A DNA stretch of 64,000 nt from Balanoglossus misakiensis (taxonomy: Eukaryota; Animalia; Hemichordata). The position numbers and the translations under genes are program-made. Below the pieces are notes generated by a model, which had not been told where the DNA came from, made no database searches, and saw only the letters and a list, made by a program, of their open reading frames with translations. The stretch is from NCBI GenBank assembly GCA_040954595.2, contig CM082577.2, positions 682,001 through 746,000 of the forward strand. The letters run 5' to 3'. Of this stretch, positions 36,062 through 58,602 are shown piece by piece. The stretch's first letter is position 1; each line of letters starts with the position of its first letter.

Positions 36062-39000
36062 CTATCTGTCTCTAAACTTTGGCTTCAGTGGTCTGTCAGG
36101 TAGTGCCAAAAATGTCATCTTTGCTTCAACATTTTCCGTGCTTTCCACGACGAAATCTTGAGAAAACTAGAAAAAAAACGTTGGTTAAAATTATGCACAT
36201 GCATCATACATTAGCATTTTACTGAGCGAAAAATACTTGGGGTATGGTCACTCCTATTTAGGACGTACACGCTCTACGAATGCATGGAATTTGTCTAGTG
36301 GACTTGTACGACGTATTTAGAAAGTACGAAAATGAACGAAGGGCGGGAAAACGTCATGTTTCTGTCAGTTAGATCTAACTCTTGCATTAGACTCAAAACT
36401 CTCAAAACTCCAATACACATTTCACTTGCTCTACTCACCCTAGAAAGAAGAAGCTGGATTTCCAAAAGGGCGATTCTCCTTCCTGAAAAGTCCCAAACAT
36501 GTACATAAATCAATAATAATTAATAATTAATGAAGAACTACATAAAAATAACATTTTTAATAATAGGTCTGATTTCCACGAACATTTCATCATAGGGGTA
36601 TCTTGGCTCAAAAAGAAACAAATACAATGCCCGTTTTTATGACATGTTAACATGGCAACCATTTGCGTTTGAAATTGTTTTTTTTTTCCAAAAATCCAAA
36701 CAAATTCACAAAGGTGGTATCCTGGGTCGAAACAAAAAATGTGATGTCCATGATGATGACACACGTTTCCGTGGCAACTATTTCCGTCCTTACCGATACA
36801 CATTCTTGGCCCAAATCCAAACGGGAGTGTGGTAAAAGGATTCACGTGATCTCCGCCATCTCTCAGCCATCTTTCAGGCTTGAATTCCAACGGATCTGAA
36901 AAGTATGCGGGGTTTCTACCCATCTGATAGTACATCATGATGATTGGAGTCTGTATTGTTCAAAAACAAAATGATCAGTTACAGCTTGTGCCGTGTCTGT
37001 TGAGAGCGTATCCACTGTGGAAGTGAAGGGTAAACATGGTAAAGGCAAAGTAGGAACTCCTAGAAAATGGAATGTTGTCTGCAAGGAAGTTTTTTATTTG
37101 CACCAGAAAAACGGACAACAGCAGATAGCTAGCAGTAACCTACCCCAGCTGGAATGTTGTACCCTTGGATCGTTATGTCATTGTCCAATATCCGAGAGTT
37201 ATTGACCACTACCGGTCTTAATCTGTTGGAATCAATCATTCCATCAATTAATTAAATATCAATAGCAATAAAATTAATTACATTTTCTCAAACCCATTAT
37301 TACCACAATAACAACAAAAACAACCTAACCTATACTCCCGACTCAGAGTGACACAACTCTACCGTTACAGTCTATCTTTAATTGCATGAGACAATTCCTT
37401 TAATATCACACCCAATATTGTCCGGAAATTTATCTGTAAATAAGTGAAATATGAAGAGGATCACACGATTGCCATATTCACCTCAAAGTTTCCTTGATGA
37501 CGGCCATGACGTATGGTGCATTCTTGATGTACTTGTAAGAAACCGCTTCACCACCTGGAACAACTTTTCGGACTTCATTGTAAAGGATTTCCTGTTTCTC
37601 TTGGTTTTGCGCAAGGTAGTAGACTGCCCATTGCAATGCATTTGCTGTCTGAATGCGAAGTTGCAAAAGGAACATCATGGCAAAAGCAATGAATAAAATG
37701 TTTAACACAAAATAAACAACCGACAGAGGACAATGCTACCAATGTGGATAGTAAAAATGTGGTACATATAACCACTTTTTTCGATTTCAAATGTCAACCA
37801 TCTGCATGACCCATCTGCGGAAGCTCTAACCTCCCCTGGTTAACCTCCCCTAGGCGAGAGAGATGGGAAGGGTCCATAGAAAAAGAGGTAGTTTACCGTA
37901 TCAATCGCTCCAAGAAGAATTTCTGACATGTTAGAATAGATTTCTTCGATGGAAAGGTCACCATGGAGCAACAGGTGATCAACAATGTCTAGTTCTTCTG
38001 TTGTTGGTAACTCTCCTTTCTCTTCAAGTGATTTAAGTTTTGCCACTTTTTCATTGATGCTCTTTACTCCTACAAAAAACAACGTCACACGTCACGTGGG
38101 TTAATATAGTCGTCTCAGGTGACATAGAACATTGCACGTGACAATCCCCAGATCTCAAGCAAGCAATTGTGAAGTCGTTATGCACAAAGAAACCTTTTTC
38201 TCTCTCACACCCACCATGCATATTTTAAAACATTGTGTAAGGGATTGAAGCATAAACAATAAAACTTTATTGATGTTTTCTGAAATTATTTCTCTTCGCC
38301 ACATCTAATGGACGATAAATATTTCTTTGTGCGTGTTTTTTAAATATATTGATGAACATGAATGTTATAGACTTCTTCGTCGATCTTACCGTAATTGAAA
38401 ATGACATCCCAAGCTTTTACATGCTTGCGCCAAGGTTGTGTTTTCAAGGCAGCCTGGACATTTGCAGGAAATTTGAATAACACTACTGATGTTTCAAACA
38501 CATCTAATATCCCTCTGATAAATTGGAGGGCTTCTTCTGGTGGACTTTCACCAAGTAAGTTAAGTCGTTTGTTGAACAGAATACTTGTTATGGCTGTGAA
38601 GAAACGATGGAAGTCTGTCCGGTGAACAAAGGTACACATTTCTGAGTAATAAAACAAGATGTGCTTAGTTCTTCTAATACAGATGCCATCACTTCTCAGT
38701 TTATCATACGCAACTTGAACGTGTGGGTAAATCATGTGGATGACCATGTCGAGAATATATGGATGTGTATATTTCATTCTGTTGTGTTGACCAGCGACTA
38801 TCATGCAAATTCATTTCCAACTATTAACAGTGACTTACATTCAAGGGACCACGAGTACATTAGCAATTGAAAATCGGGTATGATGTTATCATCCTGTCGA
38901 ACTCTACGAATTTCTTTGTTGAGATCAGTTATGACGTCATTCACAACATCAGCATATTTCGGCAATTCAACTGGCCTCATCATCTTCTTATTGAAATTTG

Positions 39001-39771
39001 TCCTACTTCGGAACCACGACTGATCATTTCTGCAAAATGTATATGGAAGGGAAAAATACCGATTGATATTTTTGTTGGCGCCCCACATCTTTTCTGCATT
39101 TCAGCAATAATATTAATATTTAGGCCTACTTGTATTCTTGTCGTGTTCACAATTGTGATAAAAGATTGAAAAAGACACAACAGGATGGTGCGAATGGTCG
39201 GTATACAGTTATCGGTAGGAATTGGTCTGTTTGTTCCGCCTTATCCAGATAAATACGGTTATGAAAAATTGAAAATTACACTCTATTTTACTTACGAAGT
39301 AAGCAGTCCAAACGGGACGTCACGTCGACTTTTATAAAGCTGCCATGCGTGGTTCAAGTTATATCGCTCGCCGAATCTTTTAGGATACTTGCCTTCATTT
39401 CTACAAACATGTTCGATGTCTTTCGGGTCTGATATGTAAACCAGTGCTGTATTTCCGAACACCCTCTTGTAAACAGAACCATATTTTCTCTCCTTCTCGC
39501 CGTACCTCTCCCACGGTTTTATTTCTCTGCTTCTTGTCTGCCAACCTTTCAGGGCATAGGTTACCCTCTGAGCAAAACTGACAGAGCCCTCCCCTGGCAT
39601 TTCGCTGAATGGCTTCACAGCATCATTCCGTTGCAAAACTTGGGGATGACCTGCCGAACTGTAATTATAAAACACTGACGAAGAATTCGGGTGCAGTTTC
39701 TGTCTGAACAAAGCCCGTGAGATGCCGCAGTAGGACCAAGCTCTCAATGATACCATTCGAGCAGACGCCAT
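36062..39771 (-). CDS. Mitochondrial-clan cytochrome P450 (CYP27/CYP24/CYP10-like)
   Basis: Nine exons: 39771-39296, 39029-38839, 38593-38390, 38069-37897, 37648-37482, 37222-37144, 36950-36794, 36482-36439, 36166-36062. Arg/Ser-rich transit peptide, [18 protein letters not shown]-helix GAIDTTAN, KETLR, PERW, heme motif [13 protein letters not shown]. Confidence 0.92.
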
Positions 39772-40361
39772 GTTGGAAAAGGTCGACAAAAAATGTAGTT
39801 CACTACCGTGTCAGTCTGGTCTGCGTACCAGCTGCTGATGGCACAGAACACCAATCAGCTGCCACGTTTAAAAAGAAACTTGGATCTTTATAAAAGTGCA
39901 TATTACCTTATTTGATATCTGATTTATTTCACAATAAATGAAAAATATAGGCCTAATGTAAACAATAACACCAGTGACCACATTTACTAAAGTAGTTTGT
40001 GACCTTGACCGACTTTCTCGGACCATATAATATATATCCTGTTATCCACGTGGTTCAAAGGTTGAAGTACACTGTACCCCAAAACAGATGAAATAGTACA
40101 CACATGCTACAGATACTTCCATTTATTTCTGACTTCAAAAAGTCAGTTTTATTCAGAAGTTTGTCCTCATGGAAAATACAGTTGAAATTCCATCTTATAT
40201 AACAACTTGTTCAGTACTTTCTTCCACACATTGGAAGATGATGCGACAAAGTTGAGATCTTAGTTGCATTGCTCATTTAGCATTCGTTTGTGTCCTTAAA
40301 CAGTACGTGGTATTTTTTTTTTCCATTTTTGGGACTCCTTCAGTTAGGGTTGCATGCCACT

Positions 40362-42239
<1,878 letters not shown>

Positions 42240-42750
42240 TGTGCTTGTATTGATCAAAAAAGTAACGGTGATCAATCTGAAAGATGACAGATGAGATAGA
42301 CTATAATCTTTACACTCTGTACATACATATTACATGTACCTACACATGTACATATGGGTATGTTGATGATCGTGTACTAAAGCTGCGGGTTATACATGTA
42401 CTATTAGTTGCGTTTGGTGACCAGAAATGAAAGCAAGGGACTAGCCAACATTCTGTTCACATAAGTGATTTCTGGGAAATGAATGTCAACTGGGACAAAA
42501 GAAAAAGTTAATTCCGAGCCGCGACCCCTGACCGGAAGAGCACATGCACCGCGGATCAGTCAATGGCCGACTGTACCACACGTGTCATGGAGCTACCACA
42601 GGTAGTCGGGCAATATTATAACCATTTTATCCGTTATAATTAAAAAATGTGGGTGGTACACTATTCCTTAATTAGTAAACATTTTGATTTTAGAATAAGG
42701 AAGCCATTCGAACTACTTTTATCTTATATTTTACGCTAATTTCACAGGAG

Positions 42751-42795
42751 CTTACTTGTAGCTTACGCCAAATAGAGATCTTGACGAAAAGAGAA
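42751..42795 (-). promoter_or_regulatory. RPSA TCT initiator / 5'TOP tract and short non-coding first exon
   Basis: The minus strand reads TTCTCTTTTCGTCAAG..., followed by two GTAAGC donors (GT at 42766-42765 and 42755-42754). The acceptor TCTTTCAG lies just before 42276, upstream of the ATG. Confidence 0.75.
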
Positions 42796-43047
42796 CCCTT
42801 TGACCTTTGAAACGGGTTTCTTTGGTTGACCTGAATGGATTCCTGTGTGATAGTTTGTGCTTGCCTTACTCAGGTGCCTAATATTTATTTACAGCATCTT
42901 ATTATGGCAAAAAGTTGACAAGTTTCATTATGCGTAAAATTAAACAAAACAGATCAAAATTATAATATTCCTAACATCCATAAAAAAAGACTATTATAGC
43001 AATTTTGAAAATAAGCATTGAAAATACTTTACGGTTGGGGGCGTTTT

Positions 43048-43062
43048 ACAAGATGGCAGCGC
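43048..43062 (+). promoter_or_regulatory. YY1-type motif overlapping the TEDC2 start codon
   Basis: ACAAGATGGCAGCG versus the YY1 consensus CAAGATGGCGGC. Confidence 0.55.
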
Positions 43063-46000
43063 CTAGTTTGAAAATGGAAAGGTAAGCGCATTACCACGTA
43101 TTATTACAGGTCGTGTTTGTAGTGACGACAAAACATACGGCTGTAGAAGTGTACTTGTAGTGCAGGTTGTTCCCACGGGCGCAATACGTCGCTCCGTGGT
43201 CAGTGATAAGAATATTCTTAGGTTGTATCAGTGGGGATGTCGCGGAGCCACATCTTGAGCGCCTGTGGCTGTGACGACGTCGACATGGTAACGAATCCCT
43301 AACAAATGTTACTGTCAGGTCATGTTCCCAAAACTGACGCCAACCAGTGACCATCACGGCATAACCAGAAATACAGGACCTTTCCCATCTAGAAGTACTT
43401 TGTGTCGAGTGGCAATGCTGTAAACCGCAGGCCCAAATGGAATTCTATTCAAGTTCAGGAAGGTCCTGTAGCTTTGGTTTTGCCATACATTTAATTTTTT
43501 CCAGCACAGAACACACTGTATTCTTTATGATTGTTTTCCATTTTAACAATAACAGAGTAATTAACTACTTAATTGATGTCTACCAACGGTGTGAAAAGAA
43601 AAGAGCATCAGTAGAGCATGAATGTCAAGATTTCAGAAAACTTCTGAAGCCATGGCCATCTAATCTAGATCCCACCGGCACAAAGAAAGTGGAAACATTG
43701 AATTCAGAAAACCAACCTGGCAAGGGTGGTGCTGCAGTGGATGTGATTAGTGAACAAGAAGCTGAAGATCTAAGTTTATTGGAGGATTTGCTGGGAAAAG
43801 CACAGAAAGCCAGGGAACGACAAGCAAAGGTAAAAAAAATCATCTTGTCATCTTGCCAATATTTCAAAGACAACAAAACTAATGTTTGAGCTTGAATGCC
43901 ATTCTCTTTAAAAACTGGGCTGTTCAAGATTACTCATGTACAGTAACTGTTTCTTAATTGCGATACAGTACTGACTATGAAATTGTCTCTCTTTTTGAAA
44001 TGAAAGGTTGAATCTAGGATTGCTAAGAAGGAGAAAAAGTTTTCATCCAGGCCTCCTCTGCCTCCCATAAACAAAACTGAGAAAACATCACATGTTGAGG
44101 ATAAGGAAAATACAGAAAGAATAGAAGACAAGTCACACAGTGATGGCTGTACTGCCGCTGTCATATCACAGTCATCTTTGGAGAGGATTCTTGGAATGGC
44201 TAAAGGGCAAACATCTGGCAAGGGAAACACTGCTGCTAAAGCTACAGTGAAATCTGGAGTTGTCAAGAGACCAACCTCCACCAGCAGGACTAAACCAGGT
44301 GCAGTCAGGCAGCAATACAAAACTAGCTCAGCTGAAATTGGCAAACATGCCAAATCACAACAAACGTCCAGAACAAGGGGTAATGTACCAGGCCATAAAA
44401 TTCAAGCTCAGGGGAAGAGCCAGCCTAATTCAAGGTCAGGCTCTGCTGATAGGTCAACTGCATTGAGTCAAAGGTCAAGGTCAGTGGAACGAGGAATGGA
44501 AGTTCATGCATCTGGTTCATTGCCCAACCATCCACATGTTAACTCTGTAAGGACAAGTTCCACAGTACCAACACGACCTATTACTGGATTATCGAACGAG
44601 ATTGATGGGGTGACAAGTCAAACTGAAGAACTCCACATTGAAGATTCCAGCAATACTTCCTCAGTAGAAGTGCCTAAAAATAAAGATAACTCACAGAGCA
44701 AAGATATTGAAGATAAGCAGGCTGATCAACAATTTCTACTGAGCAGAGATGGGTTTGTACATTTTACGTCATGTAGAGATACCGCATTTCAATTCCCAAC
44801 CTTTGCCAATCTGCCTGAACACAATATTACCTCTTTACACCAGAGGATGTTATCTGCAACACTTTGAACTTTTCAAAACTTCTGTCATTCAATATGGAGT
44901 GTGTTTTCCAGCAGCAGTATTGAACTTGAATTGATGTGCGTTTGTCTTCAAGGTCCACATTGTGTGTTCCTGTAAAATTGAAGAGGTTGTATTCAACGCA
45001 CCACAAATTGCAGCAGAAGATATCCACACTCATAGAAAAACAACCATCAATGAGATCTCAACAGCAGTTTATTGATAGGTTAAAATCTACTGTATCCTTT
45101 ATGATGCATCAGTTAAAATGATTCCCTTTGTAGTGAATTTCATGTTTAAAAATTATATTATGTAATGTAAGACGTATCACTTCAGCCGCTACCAATCAGC
45201 CACAGAAAACTTTTATGATGATATTTTCTTTGACCAAATAATACTTAGTTCCCTGCAGAAGCTATCAGTTTGTCAAGGGAAGATCTTGTGAGACAAGTTG
45301 AAGACATGAAGAATGAATACCATCATCTGATAGCATTGACTGAAAAGACAATCGGAGATATGGCTGAACTGACAGGTATATTGTAGACGATGTGTACCTA
45401 TCCAGGGTCACAGTCACTCACTTCTTACACTTGGAATTCTACATTCTATTATAAGAGAATTGTGGCTTGTTCATAGCTCTAAGAGCAACTTTTTGGAAGA
45501 AAGTTTGAGAAACGTATGCTCGAACCCAATTTTCAAATTGCATCAAGTGAATTTCCAATGTCTCTACAGTGACTGATCAAATGGTAAGATTTGGCAAACT
45601 TGAACAAACCATTCACCTTGATATTTGCATATCCTTTCAGAGAAATCCTCATGGCAAGAACTTTACAGAGCCAGTGTGATGATTAACCAGATCAAAGGAA
45701 GACATCAACAAATGCAGGAAGAGTTGCAGAATTTAAGTCTTGGTGAGTGTCCTGATGAAGTGAACTGGGTTGTATTTTGTGTGAAATTTGTGCAAGATAA
45801 AGACAGCATTTGCCGCAGTGGTTTGCAGAGCGCCCTCACAGTCTATTTATAAAAAGGGGCATATGCATGCAAATAGGGATCAGTCAGTTCTGGCCCCATT
45901 GTTTCATGGGCAAAGCTTGGTAAGGTATAGTCTCCCTACAAATAGATTAATTGTGTTGTAAACATAATACACAAACAGACCCTGTTTCCCAAATATTACA

Positions 46001-47071
46001 AACCTGCCCCACCATTGTGACAAATCATAGTAACAGGTTGGAGGACAGTATATCAGGACAAGTCAAAAGCACAGAGTACATGCTGGGCAGACAGAAATAG
46101 CATCATCTATCTTTAGATGTCATCCTATATGAAGTGATGATTATGTTTGCTTATTTTTTTAGGTGAGCACCAGCTGCGTGTGGGATGTCCATGTGGCGAC
46201 TGCACAATTGTTCAGAAACACCTTGGCCTGGTTGCCGTACAACAGACAGACAAGTTACTAGTACCGCCATCACTGGAGAGTAAAGGTAATATAAGAAGCT
46301 GTATAGCCAGTGTAATCACTCAGCACAGTTGGCTTTGTCTTTCTCTATTGAAAGTGTAACATCATAACATTAATCCTATTGTTGGCACCAATCCTATTAT
46401 TATTGAAAAAATAAATTGTCTTCTACATACTGCATCCTGACAACCCCTTACCTAAATGATCATTTGAATGAAATGCCATCTTTTTCCACTCATTCTATCA
46501 CAGAACTTTTTGACTCGCCATGGGAACCTGCTGGAGAGACACCTAGTAATTTGATTTATGATGACGTAAGACAATTAAAGCAGATAGTGACCTTGCAACA
46601 TGACATTGCCTTGTTACAAATACAAATGCAAATACAGAAGGTAAGAAAACAAGTCTGAAATTTTCCTTCTTGTAATTATTGTCTATCATTGTCTTATAAT
46701 CAGTAGCCACAGTTACTGATCTAAATTGATATATTAAACATGCTGGTAGTACTGGTACTAACTTCCGGATTTACACAGTGACCCGTATAAGGCTTTATAG
46801 CAACATAAAATATGCTGGTATCAACATTTTCCCACCAGTTTCATCACTTCATGAATCATTTTCCTTCTATATTGAAATTTTATAATTCTGTTTTTCCCTT
46901 TTGTTCTTTTCATAGCTAATAAGTGAAGACCTCCTTCCATTACTTCAAGACGTGAATCCAACAGATGGAGGATATATTGAATTCTACCGTAGTGTTTATG
47001 CCTTGCTCTATCACGATGGCAAAATGTTCCCAGCTGTCATCAAAGACAGTATTGATAATGATTCAGACTGA
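43053..47071 (+). CDS. TEDC2: Tubulin epsilon and delta complex protein 2 (C16orf59-like)
   Basis: Exons 43053-43081, 43556-43829, 44007-44752, 44953-45091, 45249-45375, 45641-45742, 46163-46285, 46504-46640, 46916-47071. N-terminal ...FRKLLKPW and EDLSLLEDLLGKAQKAR, then FLLSRDGSTLCVP, SWQELYR and the C-terminal LIYDDVRQLKQ...EDLLPLL...FYRSVYALLYHDG align colinearly with TEDC2 as I recall it. Confidence 0.8.
45092..45248 (+). other. U12-type (minor spliceosome) GT-AG intron
   Basis: 5' site GTATCCTTT; branch-like TTTTCTTTGAC at 45224-45234 with the A 15 nt from the AG; no polypyrimidine tract; reading frame maintained across the join. Confidence 0.85.
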
Positions 47072-48929
47072 TGCCGTGACAACCACTGTTGCCATGATAC
47101 CTGTGTGACTTACCTATTGTTAAGTAGTCCATGCTATGCAGTACAGCACAGGCGTGGTACTCTTAGCATAATCACAAATGATCACTGACAGAACATTGCT
47201 CTTGCTTAGAGGGTTAATACTTCCAATTTTTGGCTGTATTTTTTTATTACACGCCTAGAAAATTGTTATATTTTCACTGAGGAGAATCATCACTGATGCA
47301 GTTTTTGTCAATTTCTACTACTTACATGTCGAAAAACCTTGAGAATTGAGTGTGATTACGTACGAACATACTACTGTGATTTTGTAATGAACTTTGACTA
47401 ATCATTTGAATGATTTTTTAAACAGGCACAAAATGATGTATTTTTATACATATATTAAAATACATGTACATAAAACGTTATCAGTACTAATGTGGTATGT
47501 TTACTAGTCATCCACAGTATTAAAAGTCACCAGAACTGCTCCAGGAAAGCTATGACCCTACAACATTAACCTTTTCCCCTGTCATCTCCGCTTAGTGTAA
47601 CCATACTTTATTGCAACCTGTACACAGTGAAATAGGGTGTCAATGGTTTATACAAACATTGCCTTTGAACTGTGACGTCATGAAACAGTATGCTGACCAG
47701 CAGTGTAATGAATAGCCAGTGCCATACACCATCCATACCATACACCACGTGTGGAGGCACTGTGCAACAACTTGTGACTTTTCTGAGTCCTGCAATTTCA
47801 ACCTGAGCCTTGCTGTTTACAAGTGACAGAAGTTATGGATCAGGGCATGTATTTGCATCCCTGTTTTGATTGGTCTGTGTACCTGTACTCCCTAACATTC
47901 TGGTTATTTTCTCTCCAACCACCCCCCCCCCCCCTAAAAAAAAATCTGGATACCCACCCCTTTTGTTGGCCATAATCTGTGTATTACATCATACAACATC
48001 ATACATAATCTTGAATCAAACTGAAAATCTTACTCCGCCTTTGATTTAAAGATAATTATACTTGTTGTGAATGACTCCCATAAATATTGTACGCTGCAAA
48101 TATGCAAACTGATATGAGAGGGGAATTGGGACTATTATACTTGTGTATTATTCATCAGCCATTGAAAGACAAACCTTTGCATTATTAAGTGAAAATACAG
48201 TAAAGATTACCAACAATTACAACTACTCCCTGTTTAAAAGGCTGGTGATCAATAAAAATGATATAAATTAATTGAGATAAAGAAGATTATTTTTAGACAG
48301 TAGAAGAGCCTTGAGTATCTTTAATTAGCACACATGAATAGCCTATTTAAAACTTGCATAGGCCTAAAATGACCCAGTCTTTTGTATTCAATGAAATTCG
48401 CTCGAAGTGCTGATTTCATTAATTATTTGTGTTTGACGTAAAAGGACAAGATCATCCTCATTTTAGTCTAAATGGCAAATATTTTTTCTTATCTTTTATT
48501 TGAAGCCTACAGCTTCTGAAAATGGATCATTCTGCATTGCTATGACAACAAAAACAGAGGGACTTCCACAAGGATGTATTGTGTTTGTCACATGAAATTA
48601 GCATGCACTAAAATTTTCTCTTTTTGTATTTCCTATTAAGTTTATTGTTCATATTATCACAGTTATTTGAGAAAGCTTAGATTGAATTGCATTTACATTG
48701 AGTTTTGCCTCACAAATGCACATTGGGATGGGAGATACTAGTATGTGATTGTGAAACAACAGGCACAAAATACAACAAATTGGAATAAGTCTGTGATAAT
48801 ACAGGGATTTCTAGGAAGAAAAAGTATTACTATTAACAATATGTTGTGTGGATTTTAAAAAAATTGGCAACTGAAAAATAACCGTATTTATAACGACACG
48901 CCCCTGTGCGATATTTGTTTACATTTTGA

Positions 48930-56772
<7,843 letters not shown>

Positions 56773-58564
56773 GCTGTGTACTTTGTGCTGATCTCAGGGG
56801 AATGCTGCCACTGTCTCTATGGACTTCACAAAAAAAAATGTCAGATCTGAAACAACCAAGATTTGGCTTTCCTTGTTATCTGTTTGGCTGTATGTATTTA
56901 AAGAAAGGGGGAAAAAATTAATCTTGCCCTTTTTTCGCTTTTTGCTGAAGGCAGATAAAATCTATATAAGATAGAAATAATGGGAAACATATATAATCGT
57001 TTTTCAGATGATGAGAAAAGAATTACAGCAAAATAACTTTGAATGCATTATGTGGGGGTCAAGGGTCAGGGGTTACAGATGTGAGGAATGTTTTTTAACC
57101 AGGACTCTGTATGAAAATGAGACAGCTTAATTGGCCTTGTCTGTATCAGAACACATGAGGAGAAGAAATTGAAAGTTTAACTCTCTCCAGCATGTGTTCA
57201 AGTTGCCACATTGAGGGGAAGACTTGATTCCTGTCCAAGCCAAATCTTTGGTGGTACAGTTAGAAGTCAAAGCAAAAGCACAGCAATACATGTACTTATT
57301 CCTTACTCCTCTTGTTATTGGATGGTGTTGTTTGATTTAGATTTCCGTACAGGAAACTGTAGCAGTATTATTAAATTTGCATGTGTATGTAAGTTGACGC
57401 CGTATTTTGGGGATGGTTGGAGATATCGTTTCTATTTTGTTTTGTTTGTTTACTGGTGTTTTGGCTACCATTCCACAGTGTGACAACTGACACCAAATAT
57501 TTCGATGTACAAATTGCAGTTTAAAATGAAAAAAACACAAATTACTTCAAGCATTGTTGAGCGCTGTGGTTTGGAGCCTGCTGGAAGACAATAAAATAAC
57601 ATTTGTCTTACATGTTTGATTTTTAAGTAACCAAACAATCAGGGCTCAGTTTTATTCTTTGATCAGACTTTATATTGAACCAAATCAGTTTTCTCACCGT
57701 GGAATGTTGTTTCCTATGCAGAGTGTCTTGAGAATGTTTAAAATTAAAAACATCCCCCCAAAAACTACAACTTAGCTATGACTGTATTGTCAATTGCCTG
57801 TTTACATTCTAGTAAATATTCAAGTCAAAAGGGATGGGAAAAGAGTACTATGTGTAGTCAAATCAATCTTAGTGTAAAGAAGATTGAATATTTAGCAAAC
57901 AGAATTTAAAATTAATGTTCATTTTATTGTAATCACAGTTCTCATAGGACAAGCAGAAGTGCAAGTATATTCATTCATGTATAAAAACCAAAAAACCCAA
58001 AAATACTAGCATGGCTTTTATTTTTTAAGAATTTTTTTCCAAAAAGTGAAATTAGGGTGTCTAATGGTCATCGTGATTTTCTGTATTTTTATTATTTTTG
58101 TTTTCATTTATTAAAATGTTAAGCAATGAAGAGTTTAGGTAGTAGTGAATATACAAACATTGGCAAGGATTGAAAAACTTGTCATCTTCTTTTCTAAGAT
58201 GTCAGTCATCAAAGATTTCCAGCTTGTCAAACAGGAACTGGAGATCATGATGACTTGTTTTCAAGCTTCTGTTCTGAGGAAAAAAATAAGTAGACATTGA
58301 AAAGATTTCTCACTATTTTCTAGCATGGTTGATGAACCGCACTGAAGAATCATATTTTCTACCCTCTCTGTCAGTGGTTTGACCCAATCCACAATCAAAT
58401 ACTAACAGAGAGAATATGTGTGGGGATGAAACCAAGTCAGGATGGGTGGGGAACAGGGTTATATAGTGGAGTAAGGATCAGAAATGTATTTTTATGATGT
58501 TATTACTTGTGCAGGTCTTTCATTAAATGTAGCAGATGCTGTTTGTATATGTGGCATTCAAACA

Positions 58565-58602
58565 GGGGTGGGGGGAGGGGGGAGGGAGGGGAGGGTTGAG
58601 GG
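58565..58602 (+). other. G-quadruplex-forming G-run cluster downstream of the FoxK stop (probably 3' UTR)
   Basis: GGGGTGGGGGGAGGGGGGAGGGAGGGGAGGGTTGAGGG: seven runs of at least 3 G with short loops. Confidence 0.6.

Noticed and set aside
37381-37440. Apparent CYP acceptor TTTACAG after the ETLR exon
   Set aside because: Gives an immediate in-frame stop; the correct 79-bp exon is 37222-37144.
42318-42401. TACATGTA-rich cluster in RPSA intron 1
   Set aside because: The motif is scattered through the window and looks like low-complexity background.
45629-45637. ATATCCTTT, resembling an AT-AC U12 donor
   Set aside because: It forms the pyrimidine tract of the acceptor at 45640, and no exon ends there.
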